Shown: positions 33,964 to 48,925 of the stretch, one piece after another
Numbering within the stretch: the first letter of the stretch is position 1
Layout of the letters: each line of letters starts with the position of its first letter
Origin: Hormiphora californensis
Lineage: Eukaryota; Animalia; Ctenophora
DNA: 64,000 bases
Assembly: GCA_020137815.1 (NCBI GenBank)
Contig: CM035358.1
Coordinates: forward strand, 4,588,001 to 4,652,000
Direction: 5' to 3'
Translations under genes and position numbers: made by a program
Notes under the pieces: generated by a model
What the model was told of the DNA's origin: nothing
The model's database searches: none
Seen by the model: only the letters and a program-made list of their open reading frames with translations

Positions 33964-36272
33964 ATTCGTGGAATAATTGTTACTTTGAGTAGCTTCCGGT
34001 CCTAATCATTTCCTGATGACGCGGGAAATATATTTTGCTGACAATCTCAACGATGCAGTGACTGAGAGAGAATAAAACGTATATTATGTAGGATGACTTT
34101 TAAACAGGTGTTTGAGCATAAATTAAGTTTGACTACTCTGTATTATTTTGTGAAGTAACGGCCTCCCTTGCACCTCCGGAGATCTCCCGGGGACGCCCAG
34201 AAAAGTAACTTAACAAAATAATTAAACCAAAATTGCTTTTAAAAGCTTCCAAAGTAATGATTTACAAAAGACAATTTTCTAAATACTACTTAGAACTTCA
34301 AAGCGGTAGAAGCTTTGTTAAAGTTGCACTGAAACGAACTATGTATACCTCTGCTGCCATTTTGCTCATCCTTTTGTTCATTTCAAGGTATTATCTAGCC
34401 ATCCAGCTCCCTCGAGCCATTGCTCTGTAAGTCGCAGGGTAATTTGCAGGCGACCTAGATGACCATATCGACTAAATGATCGGTCTAAATTCTGTTCCGA
34501 GAGATAGAGATAGAGAAAGATTTGCTGATCGGTATAGAGCAGGCTCGGTATACGGTATAAGATGAGATAGATAGACATTCAGAGATATAATATGTAAATT
34601 GACCATAGTAAGATTATTGTTTCTTGATAATGTTATTCAGATCTATTCGAATAGATCTCAATAATATTAAAAAGGTCTGCAGGTCTGCTCTAAGATATAG
34701 ACCTCAAGGCTCAATGTAAAGAATATAAATGTAGATAGTCAGAGTGAGAAAGATCATTACGAGCCCCTTGATGAATTATGTAACATCTTAAATTAGGTTT
34801 GGGTATGATATCCCCTCTTTCTTCTATCGTCCTGCGCTGTCTCTCTCTCATGTTGTCTCGCACGCTACGTTTAGTTCGAGATGGCCCCCCCTCTTCCCAA
34901 AAGGAGAGGGGACACCGTACCCAAAAATTAGGTAACAACTTGAATTATGTAACATCTTAAATTATGTAACAACTTGAATTATGTAGCACCTCTAGTTTCC
35001 ACGCGGTTTTACACAGATCCGCAGTGTACACGTGTATCCATTAACTCAGATTTGCACAGGCCATCATGTTTCCTTATTGAGAGATTGTCTCTCAGTTCAG
35101 TCTATCTATTATTTGTGGTTTCGATATAATTGCTATCGTGTGGCGTGTGGCATACTACACTAGCAGAATGCTCTTCTATCATGGAGCTTCACTTCCACTA
35201 TAGGGCCGGTCCTAACTCCGGTCCTAACTTGTTCGTGAAAGACCCGCTGATGTACCACTGGTACTACCAGTTCACTCATATCCACTCTTCTAGCAATTAT
35301 TATATAGCAAAAGATATGATCTCATCTTGTTCCGCTCAGTGGTCTCAGCAAAGTAAGATGAACAGGTATATTAATTTCTACTTTCTTTAAAGTACGTGTA
35401 CTAATCACTGCGCTGGCAAGCGCAAAGGTGGCCCCATCCAACCCCCCGAAAAAAATTCCCCCAAAAAACGGCCCGCTTGCTCACAGCGTATATATAGTTA
35501 TTTCATACTTTTAGCCCATTTTGGCACTTTTTGACACGCCATAACTCCGGAACTGGATGAGCTAGGAAGCTGAAATTTTGTACTCAGAAGCTTCTTGTAG
35601 ACATCTATCTATGGTAAAAATTTCAAGTGGCTAGCTCATTTTGTTCAAAAGTTATAACACCACCCCCAAAACAGAAAATTCAGTGTGGGGATAACTAGGT
35701 TGATACATATATACATATATACATATATAGATGTATAGACGCTTTATTACCTTCCGTTTGGTCCCAGTTTGAGACGAACCAGACATCGTACGACCTTAAA
35801 CCAAGCGGCATTCGACAGATAATTGTCTCGTGCATGTACCCATTTGGGTGGCGACTCTCAATCTTACCTATGACGCGCGCAATTACGTCACGAGTGACGT
35901 CATTGCGCGAGACCGACTAACTTTTTTCAAACGCCTCTAGCACCCTGAAGACGTGTTCCGATTTCTGATTTGACGAAAAGTCGTTACCGGCAAATTGTCT
36001 GAACTTTCAGTTACTATATTGCGAATTTTGGTAGCTCATCATTTTGAGCCCTTAAATCGCGTCGGAAGTCAAAAATTTGACGAAAAATTCAGTAAAATGA
36101 ACTTTTTTCGAGCAAAAACTCCCTTTCCTGACCACTGTGGTCAATGATACTTTACAAGCTCCTTCAGGGTATTCATTCAAAATATATTGTGATGCAATTA
36201 CGTCGTTACGACGTCACTTATTACGTCAGATGACGTCATAATGACGTCAAAATTACGATTTTCACAGAAATT

Positions 36273-39200
36273 GGTAGTATGGTAGTTAAGGTCGTGCGCA
36301 CTTTTTGGCGCCAAATTGGCGCCACGTGGCGCCACGTGGCGATATTTTAGCGCCAAATGGCGCCAAAATTTGGCGACTGCGCACAACCGCCAATTTGGCG
36401 CCAAAATGGCGCCAAGTTGGCGATTTTTTGGCGCCAAATGGCGCCACGTGGCGCCAAGTGGCGCCACGTGGCGATGGAAAATCGCCAAGTGTTGGCGGTA
36501 TTTGGCGGTACCGCCACGTGGCGATGCGAATTTGTCTGAATAAACTGTGTCCATCGCCAAGTGGCGCCAAATTGGCGCCATGTACTTTTCACTCTTGGCG
36601 CCAAATTGGCGCCACTTGGCGAGTGGGAACGTTCAGAAGCGGAAATTAACCACCTCTTTGGCGCAATCTTGGCGCCAAATTGGCGCTGCTTGGCGATAGG
36701 CGCCAATTTGGCGCCAAGTGGCGCTACTTGGCGCCAATTTAGCGCCAAATTGGCGATTGGATACAAATCGCCAACTTAGCGCTAAATTGGGGTAGTCCCG
36801 CCATGGCGGTAGTCAATCGCCACATGGCGGTTGCAATCGCCATGTGGCGGTCGGGAGTGGCGCCATACCACGGAAGTGGCGCCATACATGCTCTGGCGGT
36901 ACTTAGATGGCGGTGGAGTTTGGCGCCAGTTGTTGAATTTGGCGCTAACTTGTGGCGCCAACAAAAAAACCGATTTCTGGAGTGGCGCCACACCACTGGA
37001 GTGGCGCCACATAAAAAAATGGCGCCACTCAAAATATTTTGTAACGCCAACATATGGCACTGTTTGACTACCGCCACCGCCATCCTTATTGGCGCTAACG
37101 TTTACTGGATGGCGCCAACATTTATGTGGCGCCACTCTTGTATGGCGCCATAAATGTGGGCTTTTTACCGTTTTTTGCTAATTTTGAGCACCTTTAAAGC
37201 CAAATAACGGCTAAACGGTTGAAGATGGAGCTTAAAAGTCCGACGTCGACCCCCCATAACTTGGCCATTGCCTACAAAATTGCACCAATGAAAAGTCTCT
37301 AAACAATTCCTACGTGGCTATGGAGGCGCATTGTCGCATTGTGCGCGTCTTAACACATAGTGTCTCACCTCCATAGCCATATAATAGCCTTAAACGGTTA
37401 TGTTTAAACCTAATTATCCAATTATCTAATTAACCGGATGAGATAGAGACTTAATTTCAGCACCTACCCCCACTAATTCGAGAACGCTGAACATTTCAGT
37501 GCCCCCGGTTGTATCTCTACTCCTTTCCTAACATGGCTATATATAGCCATATGGCCAGCAAACGGCTATGTGCAGGTCTAATTATCCAATTATCCAATTA
37601 ACCAGATGAGATAAAGACTTTATTCTGGCACCTACCCCCACTAATGCGAGGACACTGAACACTTTGGTGCCCTTAAATTAATCTCTACTCCTTTCCTAAG
37701 GGTAGATACAGCGTTTTTCTCCTTATGCTCAATTACCAATCAATTAGGGGCTAATTACACACCTTCCCCCAAATAATTGAGACTGACATTTTGGTTTTTT
37801 ATGTTCAGGGGGCCTATACCTAGAATTTACAACCGGAATTGGCTTGCCGCTAGTGAGTTCTATGTCGAAACACGTTTTGACAGGCTTATGTAGGTGACAC
37901 AGACAACTTCAAAAAATGCGCTCACGGAAGGGCTCATTCTCGGCAATGTCCATATGGCGCCACATGATCATGTGGCGCCATTATCATGTGGCGCCATTAA
38001 TGTGGCGCTAATGTGTGGCGCCGTTTGACTACCGCCACGACAACGGTTGGCGCCACACACATACCACTTGCATACCGCCAGAGTTTTTAAAATGTGGCGC
38101 CACTCCAGTGGTGTGGCGCCACTCCAGAAATCGGTTTTTTTGTTAGCGCCATAAGTTGGCGCCATATTCAACAAATGGCGCCACACGCCACCGCCATCCA
38201 AGTACCGCCAGAGCATGTATGGCGCCACTCCCGTGGTGTGGCGCCACTCCCGACCGCCATATGGCGTGTTTGGCGCCAAAATTTTGCCATGTGGCGATTG
38301 ACTACCGCCATGGCGGGACTACCTAAATTGGCGCCAATTTGGCGCCAAGCAGCGCCATTTGGCGCCAAATTGGCGCTAATTTGGCGCCAATCGCCATTTT
38401 GGCGCCAATTTGGCGCTTAGTTGGCGATTTTCATCCAATCGCCAATTTGGCGCTAAATTGGCGCCAAGCAGCGCCATTTGGCGCCAAATTGGCGCTAATT
38501 TGGCGCCAATCGCCATTTTGGCGCCAATTTGGCGCTTAGTTGGCGATTTTTATCCAATCGCCAATTTGGCGCTAAATTGGCGCCAAGCAGCGCCATTTGG
38601 CGCCAAATTGGGGTAAAAGGGTCATGACCCTAAGTGACCAATTTTTGGCGCCAATTTTCGATTTTTTGGCGCCAAAAACCATTATTGGCGCCAAATATTA
38701 TCGCCAATAAAAAATACCGGCGCCAAAACGCGATTTGGCGCCGGTTTTTTTGGCGCCAAAGCTCTTTTTGGCGCCGGCTTTTGGCGGTTAACTTGGGTGA
38801 ACCTTAAAAAATTGGCGCCAATTCTGAAATTGGCGCCACCCATCCTTGACCCTAAGTTTTGGCGCCAACTCTGCCGAAAGTTGGCGCCAACTGTTGGCGC
38901 CAATTTGTTGAATATTTAGGGTCATAGGATGGAAAATTGGCGCCAATTATTAGCGCCAACTTTGAAATTTCTGCTAACTAACCCTTGAGCGCTAGTTGTT
39001 AGCGCCACTTTTTGGCGCCAATTTATTAGCGCCAATTATTGGCGCCAAAAAAACAAAACATTCAGTTTCTGTCTGGCGCCGTGACCCCATCTGAGCGCAC
39101 TTTCAGGATCTTTCAGAGCTGTCTGGCGCTGCCAGATAGCTCAGTTTGCAGATGCTGGCATTTGTGCGGATAACTTTCATTACCAGTGGTACTACCACAA

Positions 39201-39469
39201 TGTCTGACCCCGAAACTCGTCACACCATCTTTCCAGTTATAACTGGGCCCTTCAAACGTGGAGGAATGCCATTTAACATTAGGTACTGGCTGTAATTTAG
39301 GTACATTATTGAAAATTAGATACGGGAGTGTCCAGTAACAGATCTTAGGGACAAAAAGCCTGTTGGTTGGACCCTGCATGTTAGACTTAGACGTTAGTCC
39401 TAACCACCGTTGGCTGTACCTCCGTTTGAATCTTAATCCTCTATCTTTTTCCTCTCTGTCCCTCTCCTC

Positions 39470-39545
<76 letters not shown>

Positions 39546-39704
39546 CTCTCGCTCTCCTTTCCTCTCATCTCTTCTCTCTCTCCTCTGCTATCTCCTCTCT
39601 CGTCTCCTCTCTCTCTCGTCTCCCCCTCTCTCTCTCCGATCTCATCTCTTCTCGTCGCTCTCTCGCTCTCATCTCTTCTCAAGACTCTCATCTCTTCATT
39701 CTCG

Positions 39705-39794
<90 letters not shown>

Positions 39795-42395
39795 GTCCCT
39801 CCCTCTTTCTGTCCTCCTCTCTCTGTCTCTCTCTCTCTCTGTCTCTCAGCTCTCTCTCTTTCTCTCTCTCTCACTCCATCTCTTCATCATGTCGGGCTGA
39901 AGAATATAAAGGTTGGTAGAGTGGTAGGGATGGTGATAAGGATTGAGGAAGAGGTTCCCTTCAAATATATTGAATCAGGAGATAAAGATTCGTAGAACTG
40001 GAGCTGTACGTGCGTACGTACCTATAGGTAGGAAAGCTTTGGTAATCATGGGAACCCCAGTTATAGATGGCAGGAACACCCGAACACATAACACGCATCC
40101 AACAACATGCACGTGCAGTATTCACGCCGTTGACCTTGCCTACTAGGCAATGCCTACCCGCCATAACAACCACTTGATTCGCACGGGCAAAAGTGGTAAT
40201 TGTTGCACGCTAGTGTTGCACGCTTATAGGTTACTCCATCATCATCACCACTCCAAACATTTCTACGGATGGCAAATTACAAACTTCATGTGGCGCCATA
40301 AATTGGCGCCATAAATTGGCGCCAATTTACATCATTTTGGGCCAATATTTTGTTACGAAAGGGCCACAGGATGAATAATTGGCGCCAAAAATTGGCGCTA
40401 TATATTGGCGCCAACGAGTTTCTGGCACCGATTTTATTACAAAAGGGAATAATTGGCGCCAAAAACTTAGGGTCAAGGATGGGTGGCGCCAATTTCAGAA
40501 TTGGCGCCAATTTTTTAGGGGTCACCCAAGTGAACCGCCAAAAGCCGGCGCCAAAAAGAGCTTTGGCGCCAAAAAAACCGGCGCCAAATCGCGTTTTGGC
40601 GCCGGTATTTTTTATTGGCGATAATATTTGGCGCCAATAATGGTTTTTGGCGCCAAAAAATCGAAAATTGGCGCCAAAAATTGGTCACTTAGGGTCATGA
40701 CCCTTTTACCCAAAACAGCGCCATTTGGCGCCAAATTGGCGCTAATTTGGCGCCAATCGCCATTTTGGCGCTAAGTTGGCGGCAATCGCCAAGCAGCGCT
40801 AAGTTGGCGATTTGTGTCCAATCGCCAATTTGGCGCCAAATTGGCGCCAAGCAGCGCCATTTGGCGCCAAATTGGCGCTAAGTTGGCGGCAATCGCCAAG
40901 CAGCGCCAATTTGGCGCTAAGTTGGGTAGAAGGGTCACGGCCCTTGAACACCGCCACGTGGCGGTTTTAACCGCCACGTGGCCCCTGGACGTGGCGTCAA
41001 TTCTCAGGACGTGGCGCCAATGAGCCTTTTTGGCGGTGTTCATGTGGCGTTAATAGTCGAAATTGGCGCTTTGAATTGACGCTTTTCTTTTTTGGCCTCA
41101 GGGACGTGGCGTTGGCCCCAGGACGTGGCGTCAATTTTTGAGTGGCGGAGATGTCAAAATTTTTTGGCGCTTTCGGATGACGCCACACCCGAAAAAATCA
41201 AATCGCCAATTTGTTTTTTTGGCCTATCATTTGGCGCTAATTTTTGGCTCTAATTTTTTGGCGCCATGTAAATTGGCGCCATATAAACTGATGCCAGAAA
41301 CCCCCTAGTGGTCCCTAGGGACCCCCAGGAGGCGCTAGAGTCACATAAAAGCCCCTTAGAAGGCTCCAAGAGACCCCTAGAGGCCACAAGAGTCGATTAG
41401 AGTCCCTCAAAAGTCCAGAAAGATCGAATGCAGCCCCATATGAGCACACAAGGCCCCCAAAAAGCCACTAGAGTTCTCTAGAGTCCCCTGAAACGCCCCA
41501 AGAGGACACCAGAGGTCCCTGAATGCCCGTAGAAGTCCCTAAAGACCCACAGAGGCACCAATGATTGAACAGTTAAAAAAGAGCTGTGTTTATGTAAATA
41601 TATTGCCATGTAAGAACTCAATTAGCGCCATGTAGATGGCGCTAATAATTACTTTGGCGCTTTGATGTGGCGGAGTTTATGTGGCGCCAATTATGTGGCG
41701 TCAATTATTGACGCCACACCGAAAATTCAAAAAAACCACGTGGCGCTAAAACCGACTAAAAATCCATTGGCGCCATCCTCTCAAAATTGACGCCACGTCC
41801 TGGGGCCAACGCCACGTCCCTGGGGCCAAAAAAGAAAAGCGCCAATTCGAAGCGCCAATTTCGACTATTAACGCCACATGAACACCGCCAAAAAGGCTCA
41901 TTGGCGCCACGTCCTGAGAATTGACGCCACGTCCAGGGGCCACGTGGCGGTTAAAACCGCCACGTGGCGGTGTTCAAGGGCCGTGGCCCTTCTACCCCAA
42001 ATTGGCGCCACATGGCGCCACTTGGCGATAGGAATTCCTCTGATGGACGTTATGAATATTTGGAATTTTAGGTACTATCGCCAATTTGGCGCCAATTTGG
42101 CGCCACTTGGCGATGGACACAGTTTATTCAGACAAATTCGCATCGCCACGTGGCGGTACCGCCAAATACCGCCAACACTTGGCGATTTTCCATCGCCACG
42201 TGGCGCCACTTGGCGCCATTTGGCGCCAAAAAATCGCCAACTTGGCGCCATTTTGGCGCCAAATTGGCGGTTGTGCGCAGTCGCCAAATTTTGGCGCCAT
42301 TTGGCGCTAAAATATCGCCACGTGGCGCCACGTGGCGCCAAAATGGCGCCAATTTGGCGCCAAAAAGTGCGCACGACCTTAACTACCATACTACC
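36273..42395. mobile_element. 6.1-kb non-autonomous foldback DNA transposon rich in GGCGCC
   Basis: TIRs GGTAGTATGGTAGTTAAGGTCGTGCGCAC.. / ..GTGCGCACGACCTTAACTACCATACTACC (~300 bp arms); 8-bp TSD CAGAAATT on both sides; internal inverted blocks; no transposase seen. Confidence 0.85.
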
Positions 42396-42497
42396 CAGAA
42401 ATTCGTCTCGTTTCTCATATAACACATCATTTTGACAATTTTACATCATGAAATAATGTCATACTGACATTAGAAACCGAAAAGGGACCTAAATTAA

Positions 42498-42749
42498 GCC
42501 AAAAACTAATTGGAATTAGTTGGCGGGAAAGGTGGCCCACTTACACCTTTGCCTGATGCCGGGTTTTATTTTAAAATGTATCAGGGATAATGGATATAAG
42601 AGGTGAGTGAAATAGAGAAAGAGAAAGGGTGAGAGAGAGATTGAGATACCGACGTGACGTGTAGAGAATGACAGTTCGTGGTACCCGGTAGCAGCAAAAG
42701 GTGTAAGTGGGCCACCTTTCCCGCCAACTAATTCCAATTAGTTTTTGGC
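42498..42749. mobile_element. MITE flanked by TTAA
   Basis: ~52-bp TIR GCCAAAAACTAATTGGAATTAGTTGGCGGGAAAGGTGGCCCACTTACACCTTT and its reverse complement. Confidence 0.8.
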
Positions 42750-43069
42750 TTAATAATATAACATCTAAATGAAGGTCGCGTGAGATGAATTGAAGTAACA
42801 GCTATAGTTCGTATTGGCAGTGTAGCAGCTAAACTGCAGCAGTGCTTAGCAGAGTTAGATAAATTATCTAGTACAACCACAATTCTACCCAATATTGTAA
42901 TAGGCCAATAGGCTATCTCTATGATACAGTACTTTGTATATGAACACTTCAAGTATAGTACTTAGAATTTAGAAAGTTGTTTAGTCATTGCTTTCTGGTA
43001 CTTCGACCCACGTCGTTCCATGAGAAAACACTCAGACTGACAGGAACAACCGTTCTATGTGAATTGTGC

Positions 43070-43160
<91 letters not shown>

Positions 43161-44947
43161 TATTAGTTGTGTGAAGATCACGTTTACAAGTGTACAATAA
43201 TTGCTTCCCTATGATACCCGTTTACAAAGCTTTGTGCACACACCCAGCCGATTGCTCTGATTATGATTTTCCCTGACCGCCTTTGCCTTATGTATTGCTT
43301 GACCCTGTCTCTCCAGACCCTTTTGTTGAAAAAATAAAGGGTTTGAATAAAATAAGCGTTCCTACTACCTCTTGTGGCTTGAACTAAAATATATTTCTAG
43401 AGTTAGTCCAATAACAGTACATATATAATCTCAGATTCACAATCTATGTCAGTGTACCATGATAGAACGTGTATGTGAAGTAAGAGAGAGCTGTATAGTA
43501 CTATCCTCACTGAGTATTTTTAGTACTTTTAGCGTGTGTTCCCACACCTCATAAAGATACCAGCTTGCTATATCAATACCATTCATGTTCAAATCATTGT
43601 AGTGGTTCATTTCTGGAAAATGAACATCTTTGATCTGTGGAATTTCTACTCGATATGAGGGTGAATGGCCATTGGCCATCACGACCCAGCTGTCCTAATG
43701 GTACACAGATAGTTAGGTAGTATGGTAGTTGAGCTCGTGATTCTGTTGGTGATCTGCCATCACAGCTCATGTTATAACCTCGCCAAGCTCTTCCGTGATG
43801 CTTCTACTAGGAGATGGGGACGTTACTAACCCCGAGTTAGGTATAGAGAGTGTACAGTGCTCTATACCTGCACTGGGTATAATAGACTCTGATCCTCCCC
43901 CCCGTCTTGGCTCATTTCCTCATTGTAGAGTATTCTGTAGCGATTATAGCGTGGGAGATTCGGACAGTGCTCTCCAGCTGTCTCCTATCTTTCACATATA
44001 GATCGTAGATGATCCACTAGATCGGCTCCGGACTCGAATGCTCAAATTGTTTTTCTTTTGTATCGTGGGGGAGTCTAAAATAGAAAACCGTATATCTTGT
44101 ACCAATTCTTTTCTGACGGATCTTTTTTATCTCTCCAGTCTCCACTTTTCTGTCTTTGTTTATTAGATCTCTGAATCCTCTCTAAGCACGAGTTCCTCAA
44201 GCTCTCACAAGTTTCACATTAAGTTCTCACAAGTGTTTCACATCTTTATCCTTGTCTCAGCTGCAGATCTAAAATCCCCCGTGCCCTATTCTTTTCTTTT
44301 CAGAGCGGCCTTTCACAGGTACACGTCCAACTAGTGTTGCTGTAGTCTCTAGCATTTACCTCTTCCCGTCTCTCTTTTTCTCTCTCTCTCTCTCTGTACA
44401 CCCTTCTCTCGCTCTACTTTATGTAATTGTTCCTTCTGTATAAAGACATGTCCATCTGATTTGAATATAATCTCTAGAGATCTCTTCCTTCTCCTATCCT
44501 CCTGTTCTGCAGATTGTTTATGCATCATATATCTCCTAATTAGCTCTCACTCTGAACTCTTCCATCCATCTCTCCCTCTCTTTCACTCCCTCTCTTTCCC
44601 ACACGCCCTGTCTTTTCTATCGTCTATCTTCTAAAATTCGAGACTGTCTTGTTCAGTGATCATAAAACTACCAGTCCTGATCGCATTGTAACCATAATGT
44701 TATGGAATTGCCCAAGTGCCCAAGGGAGTCTAGGGAGTCGAGACAGTGATCGTACACCAGTCGAACCCGATTTACCATGGATGATCATACTAATTTCTGA
44801 ATTCTGCTGGCAAAAAACTTGATTTTAGCATTGCAGTGACATCTCTTGAGATAAATGGGATGAATCATAGCACAATGAAATACCATGCGTGACAGTACTA
44901 GTCACGTCTCCGCTCCAATCGTTCCCACGGACGTCGGACCGATTTGC

Positions 44948-45064
<117 letters not shown>

Positions 45065-45430
45065 GATAGAGAAGAGGAGAGAGAAGAGAAGAGAGAGAGA
45101 GAGCATCGTTGTCTTCATCTTATCTCGAGATAGAGCATGACCACTTGCTGAGAGAGTCCGCAGGGGGGAAAGATGGGGAAAGGAGACGAGAGAGAGAGAG
45201 GTTTTCGAGAGAGAGCCGACGAGAGATCACGTACAAGAGCATGAAGCTTGGGGAAGAGAGAAGAATTACTTCGATAAAGATAAATGGAAGAACGATCTGT
45301 GTATTTGAAGAAGAAACGTACAATTTTAGTTACTGTGCAAAGATCTTTGTTGATCGCTCGAGTGATCGATGAGATCCATGGGAGCGCATCTTGTGGACTG
45401 AGAGAGAGTCGCGCGAGAGAGAGAGAGAGA

Positions 45431-45506
<76 letters not shown>

Positions 45507-45914
45507 ACTGAAGAAAGCTCATGAGAGAGCTGCTAGCTGACTAAACAATGTGATATTAATCCTGCCCATATTCATCCCATCAAGTGCTTTGTTGATGACT
45601 TGATGAACACATGTGATGATCAATATATAATACGGGGGGCGACACGTGTAACGAATAATGTAGCAGTGTGGGGCATGGTTCAACGTCATAGCGATCCACG
45701 AGGGGTACCCGACCATATCGCATATATCTGATAACTGATCTGGATTGTTTAGTAGCCAGCTATATATCCCTCGCACGAGCGCCTTTTGCGAACTGAGGAG
45801 TACTAACCTATGCATATGTTATGCATAATTTGTCTCAATATTTGATCATGATCATTAGGAATAGATTCACGCCTTCTATATGCAAAAGCACTGTTTCCAC
45901 GAGACAATGATATA

Positions 45915-45982
45915 CAGTCGGACCCCGATTTACCGGGAAAATAACCTTTCCGCCGAGCATCCCGGTAAATCGGGGTCCCACT
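45915..45982. mobile_element. Short Tc1/mariner-like MITE family (copies also ~51848-51932; partials ~44757 and ~54413)
   Basis: TA|CAGTCGGACCCCGATTTACCGGG ... CCCGGTAAATCG(G/A)GGTCC inverted ends. Confidence 0.65.
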
Positions 45983-46489
45983 CACCACTGCTTCTCAATC
46001 AGATCTAAAGTTGAGACACATTTTAGTTGCACACTGTTGACAGCTTTCAGAGTTCCAAATCTGTCATCTCTCCCCTTCGTGCAGTATTTCTTTTGAAACT
46101 TTTTCTTATTCTGTTACTATATCATACATGCAGTCGACTCTCTATCAGTCAGTCTCTATCAGTCTATTTACTGTGCTAATGCCTAACGGGTCCAACTCCA
46201 AATGTTTTAACGGGTCCACATCGTTAATTATTCTTATTTCGTGTCCTAACCTGTATCCTATAATTTTTGCTTTCCCTATAATAGTTCATGCAGTACCACG
46301 ACCGGCCAATATGCAATATTGATTAATTGGGTAATATATACATGCTGTGTTACACCTACTGGTATGACAGGGTACTATCAATTGCAACCCTATACAGCTG
46401 CATTGATTGGTTTATTTGCCGTATTGTCGACGGATTTAGAACGAATCATTTGCCAAAATAAGCAGAGTTACTAACTCTGAAGTGTCATT

Positions 46490-46988
46490 GAGGGTCGCGG
46501 ACTTTAAGTCTAACGGACTCCAGGTCTAAAAAAGGCGGACTCTAAGTCTAAATCGGACTCTAAGTCTAACTTTAGACTTTAGACATAGAGTCCGGATTTT
46601 TTAGACTTAGCACAATTTTTAGACATAGAGTCCCCCTGTGTTAGACTTGGTAGACATTATATATAGAGTCCCCCATGATACTCAGGCGATAGACAAAGAG
46701 TCTCCGGACTCTAGGTCTAAAACCTAATCCCAACCCTAAACCTAACCCTAACAATACCCTAACCCTAACCTCGACCCCAAACAACAACCCTAACCATTCT
46801 AGACCGGTTAGGGAGCACATCGAGCTCTCGCTTCCGGCTGTTAGGCTCGCAATCTACGTTATTTCTTAGACTTAGCGTCCCCGTATTTTAGACTTGTTAG
46901 ACATAGAGTCCCCGTATTTTAGACTTGTTAGACATAGAGTCCTCCCTGAATTTTAAGCAAAAAGCGGACTCTAGCGTCCGTCTCCCTC
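46490..46988. mobile_element. MITE with internal GACTCTAAGTCTAA repeats and a CCCTAA-like tract
   Basis: Imperfect TIR GAGGGTCGCGGAC / GTCCGTCTCCCTC, flanked by ATT on both sides; inverted subterminal repeats; CCCTAA-like run ~46722-46795. Confidence 0.6.
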
Positions 46989-48407
46989 ATTAATAAAGTC
47001 ATTGAACTCTGATAACATAACGACCTTACTTTGGTGCTACTGAGTCTACTATAATTTCATATTAATATTTTAGCTCATTGACATTTATAAAGACACCTGC
47101 ATTATATGCTCGAATCTTCTGTAGCTGCTACACACCGGTTACAGGTCCTATATTGCAAACTGCAAGGGAAAGACACTAGAAAAGAGACACGTGCTAAAAC
47201 ATTATATATGATCCAGAGCATCTAATAATGTCACTTGCATTGCTAAGTTGGCGAGTGGACCGACCTAGAAAATGTGGTATCACCTGGGCAGTGTCATATT
47301 TTTTTTATATTATGACAGAGACTCCATAGTCCATAATCCACATAATTTTCTTCCAAGTTGTGTGCCTTAGTGAACATTTAATCCTGGCTGCAATGTAGAT
47401 ATAAAAAACATGATTATATGTATTTATCGTGTATAATGATTAGATCTTAGATGAAGCCTGCAGTTTTATGATCTATTCATATAGTGCACAGCAGCTGCCC
47501 CCCCCCCAACAAAGTGAGGACAGATGATCTGATGATAACACGTGTGTAATCGAAGCTATCCTAAAGAAAGAGGAGATCAAGTCTATTAAGCTTTTACACC
47601 ATCACTATTTCCTCGATGTTTCGTTGTCAGCAAATATTTTGGGGGAAGTTATTAGATTTTGAATATATATTTATTATTTAAACTGTCAAAGTATGCTTGA
47701 CTAAAAGTTCTCCGGAAGAACGAAAGACGTTAATTTTCTTTGTCCCTCATTTTGCTAAACATCACTTACAGAATTCAGTTTTTAAATGTCAACGGCGCTA
47801 TGAATTGTAGAGGTGACTGCAGCGTATGTCAACCCATTTTGCTAAATGTCACTTGCAGGGAAAACAATTCCAGTGTCACCATGCAGTGACTTTTAACCAA
47901 ACGTCTGTAACATAACTGCTAAACCACACAATTGCAGTTACAATCCTAACGGGTTACAAATGCTTGAATATTTTACTCATAGGCTATTATTCATGAATTA
48001 CCCATTATTTTTGATGCCAATATTCTTTGTACAAATTTGCATACATGTCCATTGTCCAGTTAGAAATTCTCAATAACAAAATCCCAGTTGCACAAAGTTT
48101 AGAACCTTGCTACCATCTAAACAGATATTAAATTAGAATTAAAAATTGAAATCAATCTCGATCATTGAGAGATAAAGCCTAGATCTCCCGAACCCTCACA
48201 GAGCGTGTGTGAAATTTTATGTGGTGTGAGCCACACAAATAAAACCTTCTCATTTATATAGCTAAGACGTGATACATATCCCGGATCAGAAGGCACCCCC
48301 TCAGATGTCTGGACCAGATGGAAGGTATCCCCAGCCCGGGCCTTGTTTTACATGTAACAGCCCCACCCGGACCCTCGGCCTATGCTCAACCATGCTCGTA
48401 GGCCAGA

Positions 48408-48925
48408 GATCTAGTCCAGCAAGGCAATTCGTTTGGTTTTCCCTCTCGCTGCAAGCTATCTAGTCCAGCAAGGCAATTCGTTTGGGTTTCCCTCGCTGCA
48501 AGCTATCTAGTCCAGCAAGGCAATTCGTTTGGGTTTCCCTCTCGCTGTGCTATCTAGTCCAGCAAAGCAATTCGTTTGGGTTTCCCTCTCGCTGTGATAT
48601 CTAGTCCAGCAAGGCAATTCGTTTGGGTTTCACGCCGTTGAGCTATCTAGCCCAGCAAAGCAATTCGTTTGGGTTACCCTCTCGCTGCAAGCTATCTAGC
48701 CCAGCAAAGCAATTCGTTTGGGTTTCCCTCTCGCTGCAAGCTATCTAGTCCAGCAAAGCAATTCGTTTGGGTTTCCCTCTCGCTGTGATATCTAGTCCAG
48801 CAAAGCAATTCGTTTGGGTTACCCTCTCGCTGTGATATCTAGTCCAGCAAGGCAATTCGTTTGGGTTACCCTCTCGCTGCAAGCTATCTAGTCCAGCAAA
48901 GCAATTCGTTTGGGTTTCACGAGCT
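48408..48925. repeat. ~48-bp minisatellite, ~11 copies
   Basis: Unit CTATCTAGTCCAGCAA(G/A)GCAATTCGTTTGGGTTTCCCTCTCGCTGCAAG. Confidence 0.95.

Noticed and set aside
36198-42435. Many MAP/WRQ/GAKL ORFs
   Set aside because: Translation artefacts of stop-poor GGCGCC repeats.
46722-46795. Telomere or chromosome fusion site
   Set aside because: Short, degenerate, single orientation and embedded in a TIR element.
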